Shown here: positions 12,301 through 27,300 of the stretch, one piece after another
Layout of the letters: every line of letters starts with the position of its first letter
Numbering within the stretch: position 1 is the first letter of the stretch
Notes under the pieces: generated by a model
What the model was told of the DNA's origin: nothing
Seen by the model: only the letters and a program-made list of their open reading frames with translations
The model's database searches: none
DNA from: Phoronis australis
Lineage: Eukaryota > Animalia > Phoronida
Assembly: GCA_002633005.1 (NCBI GenBank)
Contig: NMRA01000157.1
Coordinates: 549,501-613,500, forward strand
Length of the DNA: 64,000 bases
Direction of reading: 5' to 3'
Position numbers and translations under genes: made by a program

Positions 12301-15300
12301 TGAGACAATTAAGCACCCAATATGACTCTACTGGAGTCAAAGAGATTGTGTACATAGTAGATGCTACTGAATACAAGTTATGAACTCTTCAACAAACTGT
12401 TACCATAAAACAGTAACTAAAACCAGCAACAAAAACCACAAGCAAAGTACAGCAACTCATACCTACAAAAATGTAACAGAAATAAGACATACTGAATGGA
12501 TAATAGCAATAAAACAGTTCACTGTTACAAATAAAGACAAAGCAGCAAGTCAAGCAACATGTTTCTTACTCACTTGCAAGAAGTAGGAGTTTTGTTTCTC
12601 CCTGTCCAGGGCCGTAGAGTCATTGGTATGTACAATGAGTTTTACTACAGGGTACTGGTCACTTATGATGAACAAGTGACTTCCTTCACCAATAAGAGTG
12701 TATCGGAATTGCTCATTGGTTCCTGTGTCTCTGTCCGTCACTTTAATGGGAGGATCCTACAGGGCAGCAAAATAGGTGCGATGAACAAATGAGGAGATAA
12801 TGCTTGACTTCACAAAATACAACGGCAGATGCAACACAAGATGTTTGTAATGGATCTAATTTCAAAGCACATTGGACACAAGACAGTAGCACACACTGAG
12901 GAAGAAAATGGTTCACTGTCATGTTTCAGTGCCTTCTGATTTAGACCATTTAATGTTACTGTAAAACTAATATCGACTTGTTCCTTGTTCAAGCAGTGGT
13001 GTCTGATCCTGAAAGAAACTGAAAGTTTGTAGTTACCTAAGACCATATTCAGCAAATATAATGACCTGACGCGATAAGCTGACTGGTAGCAATATTGAAC
13101 TTTTAGTTATTTTCAAGCCCAAAAATAAGGTCTAACTTGGCAAATAAAAAATTTGAGATCAATTCCTTAACAGCATAACTGTAAGTCATGACAGCGTTTT
13201 CCCATTCAGTGATTTTACCAGATGAAGGGGGTTCTGAGTGTGTGATAACATCTAGCTTCTTTGTTAACTACCAAGCACATTCTTTTGTCTGTTATGACAA
13301 CAAGCAGGCCACTTATCTACCAGGCTTATTACAGACCACGTGTGAACACAGTCAAACTCAGAGTGAATTGGTGTATTCGGAAAGAACTAAACATAATCAC
13401 CATTTGACGAAGATTTCAGAAATGCTATTGGTTTATGTTCAAATGTGTTATAACTTAACTTTTATTTTTAACAGCACAGCCCGGTTATTGGAGATTAGAG
13501 CAATTATCGAACAAAAGAGAGCTGGCCCTCCAATTATAAATGCCAGAATAGAGTTAATCAGTCATGTACAATATTGGCTACTGGGATAAACTTCCCAACT
13601 TGTTGTTGGGCTATAGAATCGAACAAGTTGGGAGCAAAAAGGAAAACGCCGTAATGTGATTAAAATCAAAAGTTACTTTAACTTCTCAATTTACAAAACG
13701 ATAAATGTGGACATCACCAATTCCATAAACAAAATCCAACTGTGGTGGCAGAGATTCACCAATTCCAAATGTGGTCCAGTTATCTGAAACACTGCCAAAT
13801 AATATGGCAGTCATCACTACCATTACTCAACATGCAGGCCCCACTAATGTAGAGGTTGTAGAGATGAAGACACGACTCAGTACTTGTTGTGTAATGCTCA
13901 AGCTATACTAGCCAGAGCAAGCCCAGAAGAGGTCGCACATTGATCGCCGAGGTTATTGTTGCTTACTTACCACTAAAACAGCAGCTCCATCTGTAGAGTG
14001 TTCTGCCACTGAGCCAAGATAGTTCGAGGCAGCAAACTCAGGTGCGTTGTCATTTACATCCAGGACTGTAATTACCACTTCACATGTTCCCTGAGGATGA
14101 CACCATTAAAGATTTGAACAAAGATGACGAACATTTTCAAGTTGGCAAAATTCGATGGAACTAAAGCCTCACTAAGCTATAGTGCACTATCAGTGCATCG
14201 TAACTTAAATACTTATGAATTTAGCAACCATAACAAATAAATATACAACAGTGACTCTAATCCAAATTAAAAAACCACATGAAGTACACATGGCTTGAAT
14301 CCAGGCGAAGTGATAAATGATTAAAAAAGCTTGTAATTAAAAAGCCGGTACCAGGCCTTTTAGGCATTAACTGCAATATAGACAAAACATACACAAACAT
14401 TACCTATGGAAACTTATTACCTGGCGAAATGGGACACCTTTGTCTTTTGCTGTGACAATAATTACATATTCTGAGGTCTCCTCACGATTAAGTTTGCCCA
14501 CTGAAGTGATTTTACCATCCTGTCAAACAAAAGAGTGCTTACCTTCAGTATATATTAAACTATACAGCCACATGTTACCATCCTGTCACACAAAGAGTGT
14601 TTAACATCTGATCATATTACAGTATCAGAGCCACAATTTACCTTCCTGTCAAACAAAGAGTGTTTAATTTCAGTAGATATTACACTATACAGTCACATTT
14701 TCTAGCAGCATTAAGACTGTAAGCAACTCATGTGTCAATATTATGAAAGCTTTTTGATCATTAAACAAGGTCCAACATCTTTCTTTTTTAATTTTAGTCT
14801 GTTTCTTTACGTGCATCGTGAAGAGTGGCAGGTTTATAATGCTTGTATTATCTTGCATCATGAACAGTAGCAGGTTTATAATGCTTGCATTATCTTGCAT
14901 CGTGAACAGTGCTAGGTGTCCAATGCTTGCATTATCTTGCATCGTGAACAGTGCCAGGTTTATGATGCTTGTATTATCTAGCATCGTGAACAGTGGCAGG
15001 TTTATAATGCTTGTATTATCTTGCATCGTGAACAGAGCCAGGTTTATAATGCTTGTATTATCTTGCATCGTGAACAGTGCCAGGTTTATAATGCTTGTAT
15101 TATCTTGCATCGTGAACAGAGCCAGGTTTATAATGTTATCTTGCATCGTGAACAGTGGCAGGTTTATAATGCTTGCATTATCTTCAATCAAGCTGTTAAA
15201 CAGCTATCTTCATTGAAATGTACGCAATATTACTTTTTGAAAAACTAGAAGAAAAGATAAAAACAAACTAAAGAGGAGGAACACAGAAGGAAAAAATTTC

Positions 15301-18300
15301 CAGACACCATCACTAATTCTCACCACACCTGTGATATATTAAAAAGGTCCTTTGCATTGCGGGACGACAGTCTATACTCAATCTCCCCATTTGATCCACG
15401 GTCTTTATCCGTTGCATTCACTTGACCAACAAATTGGTTTGTGTCTCCACCGGCATCGTTCTCCGACACATTGAAGTAGTAAACAGACTGGGCAAACACT
15501 GGATCATTGTCATTGACGTCAACAAGTGTGATATACAGGTTAACCTGNGATAAAAACAAACTAAACAGGAAGAACACAGAAGGAAAAAATTTCCAGACAC
15601 CATCACTAATTCTCACCACACCTGTGATATATTAAAAAGGTCCTTTGCATTGCGGGACGACAGTCTATACTCAATCTCCCCATTGGATCCACGGTCTTTA
15701 TCCGTTGCATTCACTTGACCAACAAATTGGTTTGTGTCTCCACCGGCATCGTTCTCCGACACATTGAAGTAGTAAACAGACTGGGCAAACACTGGATCAT
15801 TGTCGTTGACGTCAACAAGTGTGATATACAGGTTAACCTGAAAATAATATAAGAAAAAGTCGCCTCAGGAAAACTGACACAGAGAAGTGTGACAAACTAC
15901 AAACACTTCAACCAGCACTTCATTTCCATTACAACTTATGTCTAAGAAGAAATACGTTACTCAAGACTAAGAAACTGGATTTAAATATTTCTTGTCATGA
16001 TAAAATCAGTTTCAACATTCAATTTGCATTATGTAAAAACCCGCAATTGAACTGAACCAGAAAATTTCTGGCCGACCAGTCCTGTTTTTTTTCTGAAGCG
16101 TTTTAATTTTTTGATTTTGTAAATGCTCTGGGAGTCCTTGTGGCAACCTGTACAAAGTCCCAAAGAAGACAAAAAAATGCTCATAACAATTTGTATGGGG
16201 TCAAGCAGCTTAGTTTTATTTTAGTTTTTCAAATTATGGAAATAAAAGAACTTGGTCTTTTAAATAAATACTAGTCCCCTGAGCAATCCATAACAACATT
16301 AAAAACATTAATGCATACACATGTAAATATGTGGGTGCATAAAAATGCATCTATCATGACTTCTATTGAGGTGTACGCAAAAATGTTTTGAATGCAGATC
16401 AACATTCTTAGCTGAAACTTTAGCTTAAGTGATCACATAATAAGTATTGTCTAATTGTATCAATTTAAGCAAAGGAGACATTGAGTAACATCAGTAAAAC
16501 AAGTCATTTTCAACATCCGTTGGTCAATAAACACCAACCCCTAGTCTATTAACATTGGCATGACATTTTTGTCAGTTATTTCTCCAGCCATCTTTAGGTA
16601 TTATAGCATTCTCGGAGGAAAGAGCACAAAAATGTCCTACATTTATAACTCTGTGCGGAATAGTGGCTAGAGTGCAACACTGACAATTGAAAAGTCCATC
16701 AGTTCAACTCTCAGCTTGTCTGAAAAAAGTGTAAGAAAAGTTCGTCACTGACCACCAAGAGTGTATCACATATTCATTCTACAAAGAGCACTTAACATCT
16801 GAAGATGGCTGGAGAGAATCTGACTGAAACATCATGCCAATGAGAACAGGCTCGGGTTGTTGATGGAAATAGAACAATAGATCACAACTCCCACAGTAGC
16901 TTTGGGAATTAAGTAACATCCACTTAAATGCTTACACTGGAGTTGAGCTGGCCATCAGATGCCCAAAGTGTCAGGTTGTAATGTTCTTGTTTCGTTATGT
17001 CCAGTCGTTTGGCAAGCTTCACAACACCAGTGCCAGAATCAATCTCAAACATGCCTGAAAAAAAGTTACAAACAACACTTCTAAAACACCAGTTAATTTA
17101 TTGTCAGCTGAAAAACATCTCCTCAGTTCCAGTTTCATGATTCATTTCTTCACATCTTCTAGCTAGTAATAAGCCATTCAGTCAATAGTTAAATCATTGA
17201 AAAAATCTCGCTAACATGCAAATTGCTAAGCATATACTTTATCGCATTCACCAGACCAGGGGTGGTTAGAGATAATAATACCAATAACATCAATGACAAA
17301 CAGACACGTTCAATTCTCATCTCTGGAGAGACTACAGGAAAATTACAATGTCATTTGATATATTTTCCATTAATTCTTTATGATCAGGTTGCATTAGTGT
17401 AAAACTATACCTGATATTGCAATATTGATGTCATATTGTCAGCAGTATTTTGACATTGATTCACCAGGCCTAGATTGCATAAAAGTTATCCTCTAGACAG
17501 CAGTAGCTGAATAGTGTACTCGAGGTCATGCACTAAAGAAGCTTGTCCACTGGATAAGTTTGGAAATTTCATGCAATCCAACTCAGGAATGTAAATCACT
17601 GCCAGTTCCTAATGGAATTAAAACTTATTCCTACATACCTTAAAAGGGATTTAAATGAGGCAAACATGAGTGGGTATTCAAAAAACTGATGCTCAACACA
17701 TTTTTATAAGAAATGTGGCTCACCATTTGGATCTGTGGAAGTGTCAATGGAGTACGATATCCCAGTGTACTTGGGCAAGTAGTCACCATCTGTAGCCACC
17801 ACTGTAAGTATGACTGAACCAACAGACGACCCTTCAGAGAACGATGGCACAGTGTACTGGGGCTCTTTAAACACTGGCGGATTGTCGTTGATATCGTCCA
17901 CATAAATGACCACCTGTTTACACCAATTGTATTTTTAAAACCTAGTAGACATTGAATAAACTGTATGGTGTTTGTCTGTGTCACTCCTATTTAACCAAAT
18001 TCTCAGTATTGTGTATAGTCATGTGATTGTTACGAACACCAGCAAGAAAAGGAAACGACATTTTATGTCAAAAAAACACAGATGAAAAATGTTGTTCAGT
18101 AAGGAAATATTTACATTCATTTGGCCTAAAAATGCCACACTTTATAAGAGTTCAAATTGATGTTCATCAAACCTACTAACAAAAGGAACACATGGAAGGA
18201 GACAGTTTCCAAAAATGCTCCCCATTAATCAAAGCTGCATTTTGCCATTTATAAGTGACAAAAATGGAAATGACATTGTTTTTTACAATTGGTCTCAAAA

Positions 18301-21300
18301 CATTCCTTACTATAATAAAAGTCCATTTCTGTTTCCAAGGAGAACATCAAAACCATTACAGACTAAAGCAAACGCTTCAGAGTTTAATGGCATTGGCCAA
18401 CTCAAAATATTGAATTCGAAAATGGCACACACACACATTGCCACTGACTTGAGTTGGTAACAGAAATCAAATGTTAATAGTCAGGACTATTACGAGACTT
18501 AATTTATGAGAGCTAAAGCTCTGGTTTGACTTTTGTTTTAAGTCATCTGAACAGAACTGTATGTAGTTTTATTGAGTTGCAAAGTCTAAGACAGTAGTGA
18601 CTTAAACTTGAAGTAAAACCCCCACTCACCACATCAATTGGCAACACTTAAATCAAATATATCCACACCCTAACAATTGGTTAATAGTGAACTCTGACTC
18701 GCAGAGACAAAGCAATAATTAGTTACAGCAGTAACACAGAAAATGGAGAGGTTTAAGAAACTGCAGCAACACACTACATAAGAATCCAAATGCAAATGAC
18801 TCATCAGGCCTATCTCACATAATCTCATAATGCTGTCAGCAGTGAGTTAGAATTCCCATAAAGCCAACCAACATACCACAGTAGTGGAAGTCCTTATAGG
18901 AGTTCCATGATCTCTAACTTGAACAGTAACACGAAACACTGCACTGCCGTTGGAATATTCCAACCCCTTCTCTCGATCAAGCTCTTTGACAACTTTGAGA
19001 GCAGCCTGTAAATTAGAGCAAAATGGTTTTGGTCACCAAAAAGGAAAAGGATTTGTAAACAATCAAAGACACAAACCACAGTGGTCCAGATCAGGTTTTC
19101 AATGAAAAATTCGAACACTCAGCTACAGAATTAAGACATGAACCTTGAACTGACAAGGAAAACAGGAATGAATTTTGCAATCTCGCGCTCTATCAAAGGA
19201 ACAAACTTTTGATTTTGACCATTTATCGCTGTTAAACTGACCATAACCTACTGCTTACTCTGATGAGAAGTGCTCTAAAGTCTTGGAAAGAAGTGACAAC
19301 TCACAATATTGCTCGAGACCACAGTAATCAAATAACATTTAAATTGTTGTGGTAAGACAATTTGAGGGCTGCCAACCCAAATAGCCCACTATCTGTCAAT
19401 TTTCAAATATTTTTTTCAGAGTTTAACTTTCAATCAAAAGAGGGTGTAAAATACCCCAAAATAACATATTTAGCTTCAAACAATGATCAATTAAAAAGCG
19501 TGACAAAGACTCGGCTTTAGTTCATTTCATCGCACTTGACCTCGGGTCAACAGACCTTCATATTTCATTGATTTCTGATTTACGATGCTGCAGTAGACAC
19601 CTGGGTTAATTCCCAGCACTATAGATGGCACTGTGAAACATGGTGAAGTTTATGTTTTATTTAAGTAAAACAATTCCTTGCTAGACATCTTAACATGATT
19701 TCAGTAGCAGATGACATTTCCACTATGCTAAAGCCAAGAAAGGATATTTTTCAAAGACCAATCACAAAGAACCTTCATATGTCAACTGCATAACACAATG
19801 CTACTGAGAATTTGTCTTTGTTATAAGTCGAACCTCACGTTCTTAAATATTACCAACAGGATTATTCTGCCCTGAACTTTGGCGTTCTCACTTCACAATT
19901 AATTATAAGGAATTTTATACTCTCACCTGCTTTTTAAAGACAAACAAATGCAGCTCAAAATCCATGACATTTTAAAGATCATACAAAATGACTTTTTTAG
20001 CTATAAAAGAACACAGAATACCAGTTAATCTATAAAACTAAGCAGCCTTACAACTTACTCAACCTGGTCACAACAAGCAATAACGAACTGTCAGTTATCT
20101 CAAGCACACAAATCCCCTCCATTACCAGTAAGGAGAAAACTGAGATAAACTTCATAACTGGAAGTAATCTCAATCAAAATTTTTCTTGATGGAAGGTGAG
20201 TTTATAGCCACAAGTCATTAACAACAAACTTGTGTTGGTTACTGATAGTTTGAAAGAAGAAGACTTACTAGAATTAAAACTTGACTTGTTATTTTCAGAA
20301 AAAGAGACAAAAACAGGTTAGAATTAACTTTAAAAATAAACAATATTTTCATTTACCGTGTTGCCAGAAGAGCTGATATTGAAGTGATCATCACCCAGAA
20401 TACTGAATGACAACTCTGAGTTAGTTCCAACATCTGCATCAGTCGCCGTAATGTTGACAACGAGGGACAAACTGGCTCCCCCTATAGGACAGCAGATGAC
20501 TAGTATCAACAGAAGACTCATAGTGAACTGGAGGAATGTGCCAATGTACGTGCCAGGTATGTTGCAGACAAAACACTAGTTGAAAAACGAGGACTTTTGT
20601 CCTTCAAATATCTATGCACAGAGGAAATAAGTTATCAATTCACGCAAAATCTAAGATCGATCAAATTTAACACTTTGAATAATTTCAAAGCTCAATCAGC
20701 TGGTAATTATCATTGGCCCATAAAATCCATTAACTGTGATGACTCAGTTGTTCTTTATCAGAAAAACGCTGAGAACATTAAGGGTATTAATGTTAAATAG
20801 ATAGCTGGAAAACACTACACAAGGGAAACACAGCTAAATGCAAAGATTTGAATACAGGTAATGAGATTTTGTCTCACCGTCTATCAAGTGAAATCTGACC
20901 AGCATGAGAAAACAAAAGACCAGGCACACAAAAAACTCTCTCACCTTCAAGTACCCGGCCCTGATATGAGCTTGCTGTGAATGATGGTGCATTATCATTC
21001 ACATCTGTTACTGTCACATTGACTTGGCATGACACCTGGTGGTAGAAAACGGGGAAATTGCATGATTTTAAGTGACGTTTTAATAAAACTGAATAAGTAA
21101 ACAGATACCAATCAACATTAAATTTGGGTTTGGTGTATTTCATTGTAAAAGCATGTTGAGTTGCCTTAACTTCTGTCATAGATTGCAAATTTCTCATCTT
21201 AGTCACATCAGAACGCATAGACTAACTTTTCCCCATTCATTTCAGTCCATTTTACGTTTTTGGGTATCAATTTTTACAAAACCACAACGCACAGATGAAT

Positions 21301-24300
21301 AAGCAAACTCACTTCTGCTTGTGATGCCAAAATACAGCAAAAAGTTTACAGTAAATCTGGTTTAAATATTACAAAATCACAGACCAAAACCTGACGTAAA
21401 CCCATAGAATGCTTCACACCACAAAATCCAACACACTGAATCCTTTTGTGATACAGCAACATGCGTTCACCAAATTGGACATTCACTCACATTATTCAAA
21501 GCAGAATCTGAAGCCAGAACAGTCAACAAAAACTGTTCTTTTGTCTCACGATCCAGAGATGTGACAACATAGAGGTCTCCAGTGTTGTTGTTGATACCAA
21601 AATGGCCATCCTGATTACCTGTTGAAACAACCATAAGCATATTGGACTGCAATCAAAAAATAAGGGCAACTGTGACAAGTAAGCAGTAAAACATTCCATT
21701 TGCAATGGTATCATGTCTGAGCTATTATAATTATAATAACAGCAATGTAGAACATTGACATGTGCCCAACTTGTGCATTGTACATATTGCAAATACAAGG
21801 GATGATTATTATTTCAAATATTCCCATTAAATGGAACAGTGCTAGTTAACTTAAATTAGCCCATAGGGAGTGCATAGCAAGTCAGCTAAGTTCTCCTCAA
21901 CAGGAACACACCAACTAAGTCGTAAAAAATAAAACTGGCACCAGGGGGCACAGCAGTAGTCAGATGTGTTTAATAGTCATCATCCGTTGCCACGTTCACA
22001 GAAATACATTACCAAATTTCACAGATTCTGCAGGGGTTTACGAGAACCATGGATGCACAAAAGCAGAACTGCCACTAGGGGGTGCCAAAATAGTCAAAAT
22101 TGTTCACAAATTAATGTCAGCTATGCTCTTCCCAGTAAGAAAATCTATACCAATTTTTACAAAGATTCTTAGAGTGGTTTGGTCAACAGAGCGATGGACA
22201 CAAAAAGACTTTAAGTAATAAAAATGGCCACTAGGAGGCATACACTAGGTCAAATCTATCTGAAAACGAGATGGTGACATCACCGCTTTTTACAGAAAAC
22301 TATTAAATTTGCTAAGTTTTATAAATATACAACATGGAGCTCCAAATATACAGATTGAAATGGGAGAAAATAAAATTGCCACTACGGGTCACAGTGGTAG
22401 TTGGACCCAACCAAAAATAGTCACCATCTGTTGTCACCTTCATACAAATACACTTGCCAAATTTAACAGAGATCCTGCAGAGGATATTTGAGATACTAAG
22501 TCACAGTGGCAAACAAAACTACCACTAGGATGTGCCACAGTAGCCAGAGCCATCTGAAAATCATTGCCAGTCGTCCTCTTCCCAGCAGGAACATAATGCC
22601 AGTTTTCATAATCATACTTAAGAGTGATTTGACTGATAGATAAGTGGACGTCAAAAACAATAAAAACAGTCACCAGATGGAGTACACAACATCCAATCCA
22701 TCCAAAAACAGGAGAATGTCATTGCCTCTTCAACAGAAACCTATTTACCAAATTTCATTAAAATGCATGAAAGAACTCCAAAGATACAGAAGTAAATGTA
22801 AGAAACTAAAATTGCCACTAGAGGGTACACTGACAGTCGGACTTACACGAAAATTCGCTCATGCAGTCCCATTCATAAAGGAACATATTTGAAAATTTTC
22901 ATTAACATGCATCCAAGGTTTTGGAGATACAGTTGGTGACGCCAGATACTGGGAACCGGACAGACAGACAGACAGGGTTGATGGCATACTTATATGTGAG
23001 CACATAAAAACTAAAACAGGTAAATTCTTTATCATTTGTAGTATTTCTATCACAAAAAATATCTTGTTACTGAGATAATGATGATAGGAATCATTATGAT
23101 CACTTTATTTATTCTGCAGGCATGTTTCATTCAGAAGACCAAAGCAATTGGGATAGTCTACTTTATGACACACATAATCAGTATAAAAATAAAAAAGCAA
23201 ATTACAATAAATGTTTCAAAGAAAATGGCACATTATTGTTACCTACATGTCCCAGCATATATGTACCACAAAAGAAACAAGGAGAAATGGAACAACTTAA
23301 GATACAATATAAGTGTTATAAGAATAAGCTATCATTGGTAAAAAGTTAGCATAGAAGCGGTGTAGTGGATAGTTAGTCAAACGACTACTGAGTTTACTTA
23401 AAGAAAAACGTGCAGTACCAGTTTGATACAAGACATAATATCTCAGCTGTAGTTGCCTACCTTCAATAATGCTGTAAGTAATCAACCCTTGATCAACAAG
23501 ATCCACATCAGTTGCATGGAGTCTGGTGAATGGCACTTTTAACTGAATGTCCTGCAACAAACAAGTGAACTGTGAGTTGACAGATCGCATAAGTTGATAA
23601 AATTCATGACTTAAGACCACCAGTACCATAATGAGGTTGGTCACTCAGGAGAAAGGGCGTTCGTAATTAACACACATGCAAAGGTGTTCACGAGTGTAAA
23701 TTACAAATGACATTTTCCTGTAATCTAGCAAACTACAGCCTGATAGTCCTTGACTAAAAATAATTGTGATTTAGGCTCACTAACCAAAGACCAGTCTGCA
23801 TGATCAATCACCAAACCACAGACTGTTAACTGACAACCCACCAGTTCAGATCCAAAAATAAAAATGACACCTCAGCCACTTAGCAACACCCAACATTCAA
23901 TAATGGTGATTTCAGGTACATTAGGTAGTAACTAACTGCAGCTCAAGCCATCTGAGGGGTACTTTTCGAAATCTAGATCAACCAAACAAAGAACCCTTCT
24001 ATCTCCACAAAATGAGAGCCAAATTTGAGATGCGGATATTAAATGACCTTACCTCTGTTACATTAATATAGTAGACAGAACTGTTAAACACTGGCGCATT
24101 GTCATTCACATCTTGGACAAGAATTCTCACAGATGTGTTGGAGCCAGGGTAATTCCCGTCAGATACATTGATCTAAAAATGAATATTGTACATTAACAAT
24201 CAACCAAAAGTCAGTCAATGAACACAGATAGGTCTCTGTAAGTGTGTTAACTGATTAATGTGGTGAAAAAACAATTTACAGCTTTTTGCACTAATATTTT

Positions 24301-27300
24301 GGATGACAAATTCATAGGCAAGCGATTAAAAATACTATGAACTGCAAAACGTACCTCTAAAGTGTAAATGCTTGATAGGTTCACAGGCATGGTCTCATGG
24401 TCAAGTGGATTCTTGATAGTAATTTGGCCTTGGTTATTAATGGCAAATGAGACATTTGAATCGTCACGTACTATGCTATAGGTTAACTGGAAAGAACAAG
24501 AACTAAATATCATGCATGCAAGGAATGCTATGGTGTCATCAAATCTTTATGTCAATGGAATCTACCAAACAATGTCAATAGGTTGGGTAATAATATTCAG
24601 TAAGGTACAATCGAATATTTCACAACTGAATTTAGCCCCAAATGCCATTTCAGTAGATATGAAACAATTTTTTCAAAATATTGTAGCAACACTGGCAGAA
24701 CTTCATTTTTTCAAAAAGCATAAATTTGGTGCAATATGTCTTTCATGAAGAATGAGAAACTAGTTACAATACTTGTCTTAAATGCTTATTGTAACCAAAG
24801 TTCCCTGTATCAAATAATCTGTACAGAGCAGATGACTTGGGAATCGTAGGGAAACATTACAAATGAGCGAATATCATTAAACAAGCACATTATAAAGTGA
24901 TTTGCCTGCGTGTGACAATTGTGTACATTCAGACATGTCATCACCTGACCTGAAGTAACATGATGGATATAATACGACATGTCACTGACACTACCTCAGA
25001 TTTTTCGTCAGGGTCAACGGCCGTCACTGTAGTTACAACATGATCGATGGGTTGGTCTTCCGTGACTGTGACATCATACTGAGAGAATGGGAATCTTGGA
25101 GCATTGTCATTGACATCACTAATGAAGACATAAACCTGCACAGAAATTTGTTCAAAATCATTTCAAAGAAATTAAAGCCACAACGAACCAAGATGATGGA
25201 TTTTTCATACTGTCCACCTCCCTTAAAATCTGAATATTATGTGTGTCAAAAAGTTTTGAAGAAATTAGTTGGGGCATATGTCTGACTATCCCAAATACAC
25301 TCAGGGAGTATCAATACTATAGGTGTGCTTAAATAAAGAATTTCCAGGACATCAATGCCAAATATATCCTAGGAATATCAATAATATAGCTGGTGCTTAA
25401 ATTAAGAATTTACGGGACATTCTCCTCTTTAATATACCAAAACAAGAACCGTATTTTAGTAAAATATTGCACGGAAAAGTTTACAACTGAACAAGTTAAG
25501 GTTAACATTACTGTTTACAGGAAAACTTGGGGAACATTTAGGGTTTAACTCATGTTTCAACAAACATGAGCCCCGTGCATATTTTCAGATTATGCCATAA
25601 CATATACCCACTGCAAAAAACTACAGTAGTATTGAATGAACAACTTTAACCTCCAAAATTAAAATTATCTGTTGTTTCTTCTCATACCAGCCACAACATT
25701 CAGATGGTGCTAGTACATATCTAGCTCTACACAGAGGAATCTGAAGAGTTCTCATCACAGAAATATCCATAATGCGTTTCTCAAATACTATTGCAATGAG
25801 CAGTATTTAACCTTAAGACATCCTTAGAACTGATGAAATTATGTCTCATCTGTATTACTACTTTCAAATGACAATACCAACATTTTTGATAAATGTACAA
25901 TACAAAAACACACCCCAACTTCCGCAGATAGAAGTTCATTGGAAGAACCTCGACCATAGGCTGTGACAAGAAGTGACTGCTTCGCAATGTCTTCACGATC
26001 CAATGGCTTAGAAAGAGTGATCAAACCCTACAAAGAAACGCAATGCTTAACATGTTCTGAGCACAAGATCTCAATGAAAACTAAAAAATCTATGCCTGAG
26101 GGCATTGAGTTTGAGTTGTCCCACTTAAGTCATCATTATTCATGACTGTAAGATGAAAAGTAAAAAATTGAATCAATTATCAACTGTACTCTTTCAATTA
26201 ATTATCATTTTTCAGTCAAATGGTATTACCTAGAGCCAAATGATTCCTTTTAAAAATTGAGTCACCCTCTGTCAGTGTTCCTCGACAATAACACCGGGAC
26301 CCTGAACTATCAGTGAGACACTTAAATCTCATTCCGTAATGTCCATTCAAGGAGGGACTCCTTTCTCCACAGAACCCATAATTCCAAGGACACCCCGCTC
26401 ACGAAAAACAACTGTTAGACGCTTAAAAAGCATAGGTCTCGACACTGCACATGGAATGCCACTGGTTTGAACTCGATAATGCTCAAACATCACTGCATAC
26501 TCATTTGAGACAGCAGTCATGAGGACAATAGACAGAGAAAGTTCTTGATTTGAGGGGGTGTCAAAGAGGCTGTGTGGGCACAATTCAAGAACCCCTACTT
26601 AAATATTCACAGAGGAGTCAGATTTAATTGGTTTGACATAAGGTCCAGAGCCCTTAAGTAGTTGTCCAGGAACACTAGCAGAATGCCATACAATGTAGGC
26701 AGAAATCAGTCAGTCATTAATCCCCAGTAGGAGAAATATTTCAGTGAGTTTTCAGATAAACTGTTTGATATATAATTCAAATGTTAAGTACTTCATCAAG
26801 ATAAATGATATCTATCATCAAAATAGACAACACTATCTTCTTAAAAGAATCCCATTCTCAGTTAGCTCTCTGAGAGTCCTCACCTGACTGTCAATAGCAT
26901 AATGGTCTCTTCTGTGTCCATGGGTGATGTTGTAGGTGATGCCTGCATCATTACTCCCATTTATCCTCTGGAAGGCATTTATGTCAGCAATTGAGGCTGG
27001 AAATGTATTCTCTACCACATACTTCACGTAGTAGTTATCACGGAATCTTGGCTGATACGGTCCAGGAGGAGTGAAAACTTCCAAGTGCAAATCAACAGTG
27101 GAGGACCGCTGAGGTAAACCAAGATCAAATGCCATTATAGTGAGATTGTACCATCCACTGTTGAGAGCAATAAGAACTGTGATGTTACCGCTATCAGCGT
27201 CTAAAGAGAAGAAACTGCTGGTAGTACTCATGTTGTACTTGACCTCATTATTTCCATTCAGGTCACTGTCTGCATCAAAAGCCTTTGCTGCAAAGATAAC

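Noticed and set aside
14685-15248. Long repetitive ORFs on both strands (168, 132 and 75 aa)
   Set aside because: By-product of a 39-bp (multiple of 3) stop-poor minisatellite; no splice or homology support.
15257-15840. Tandem duplicated cadherin exon suggesting mutually exclusive splicing
   Set aside because: The copies encode identical protein, differ by a few SNP-like changes and meet at a single N. The same pattern occurs at 48833. Most likely two haplotypes joined at a contig overlap; long reads would settle it.
25738-25772. CTGAAGA...GAAATATC hammerhead-like string
   Set aside because: Neither stem II nor stem I pairs; expected by chance in AT-rich DNA.
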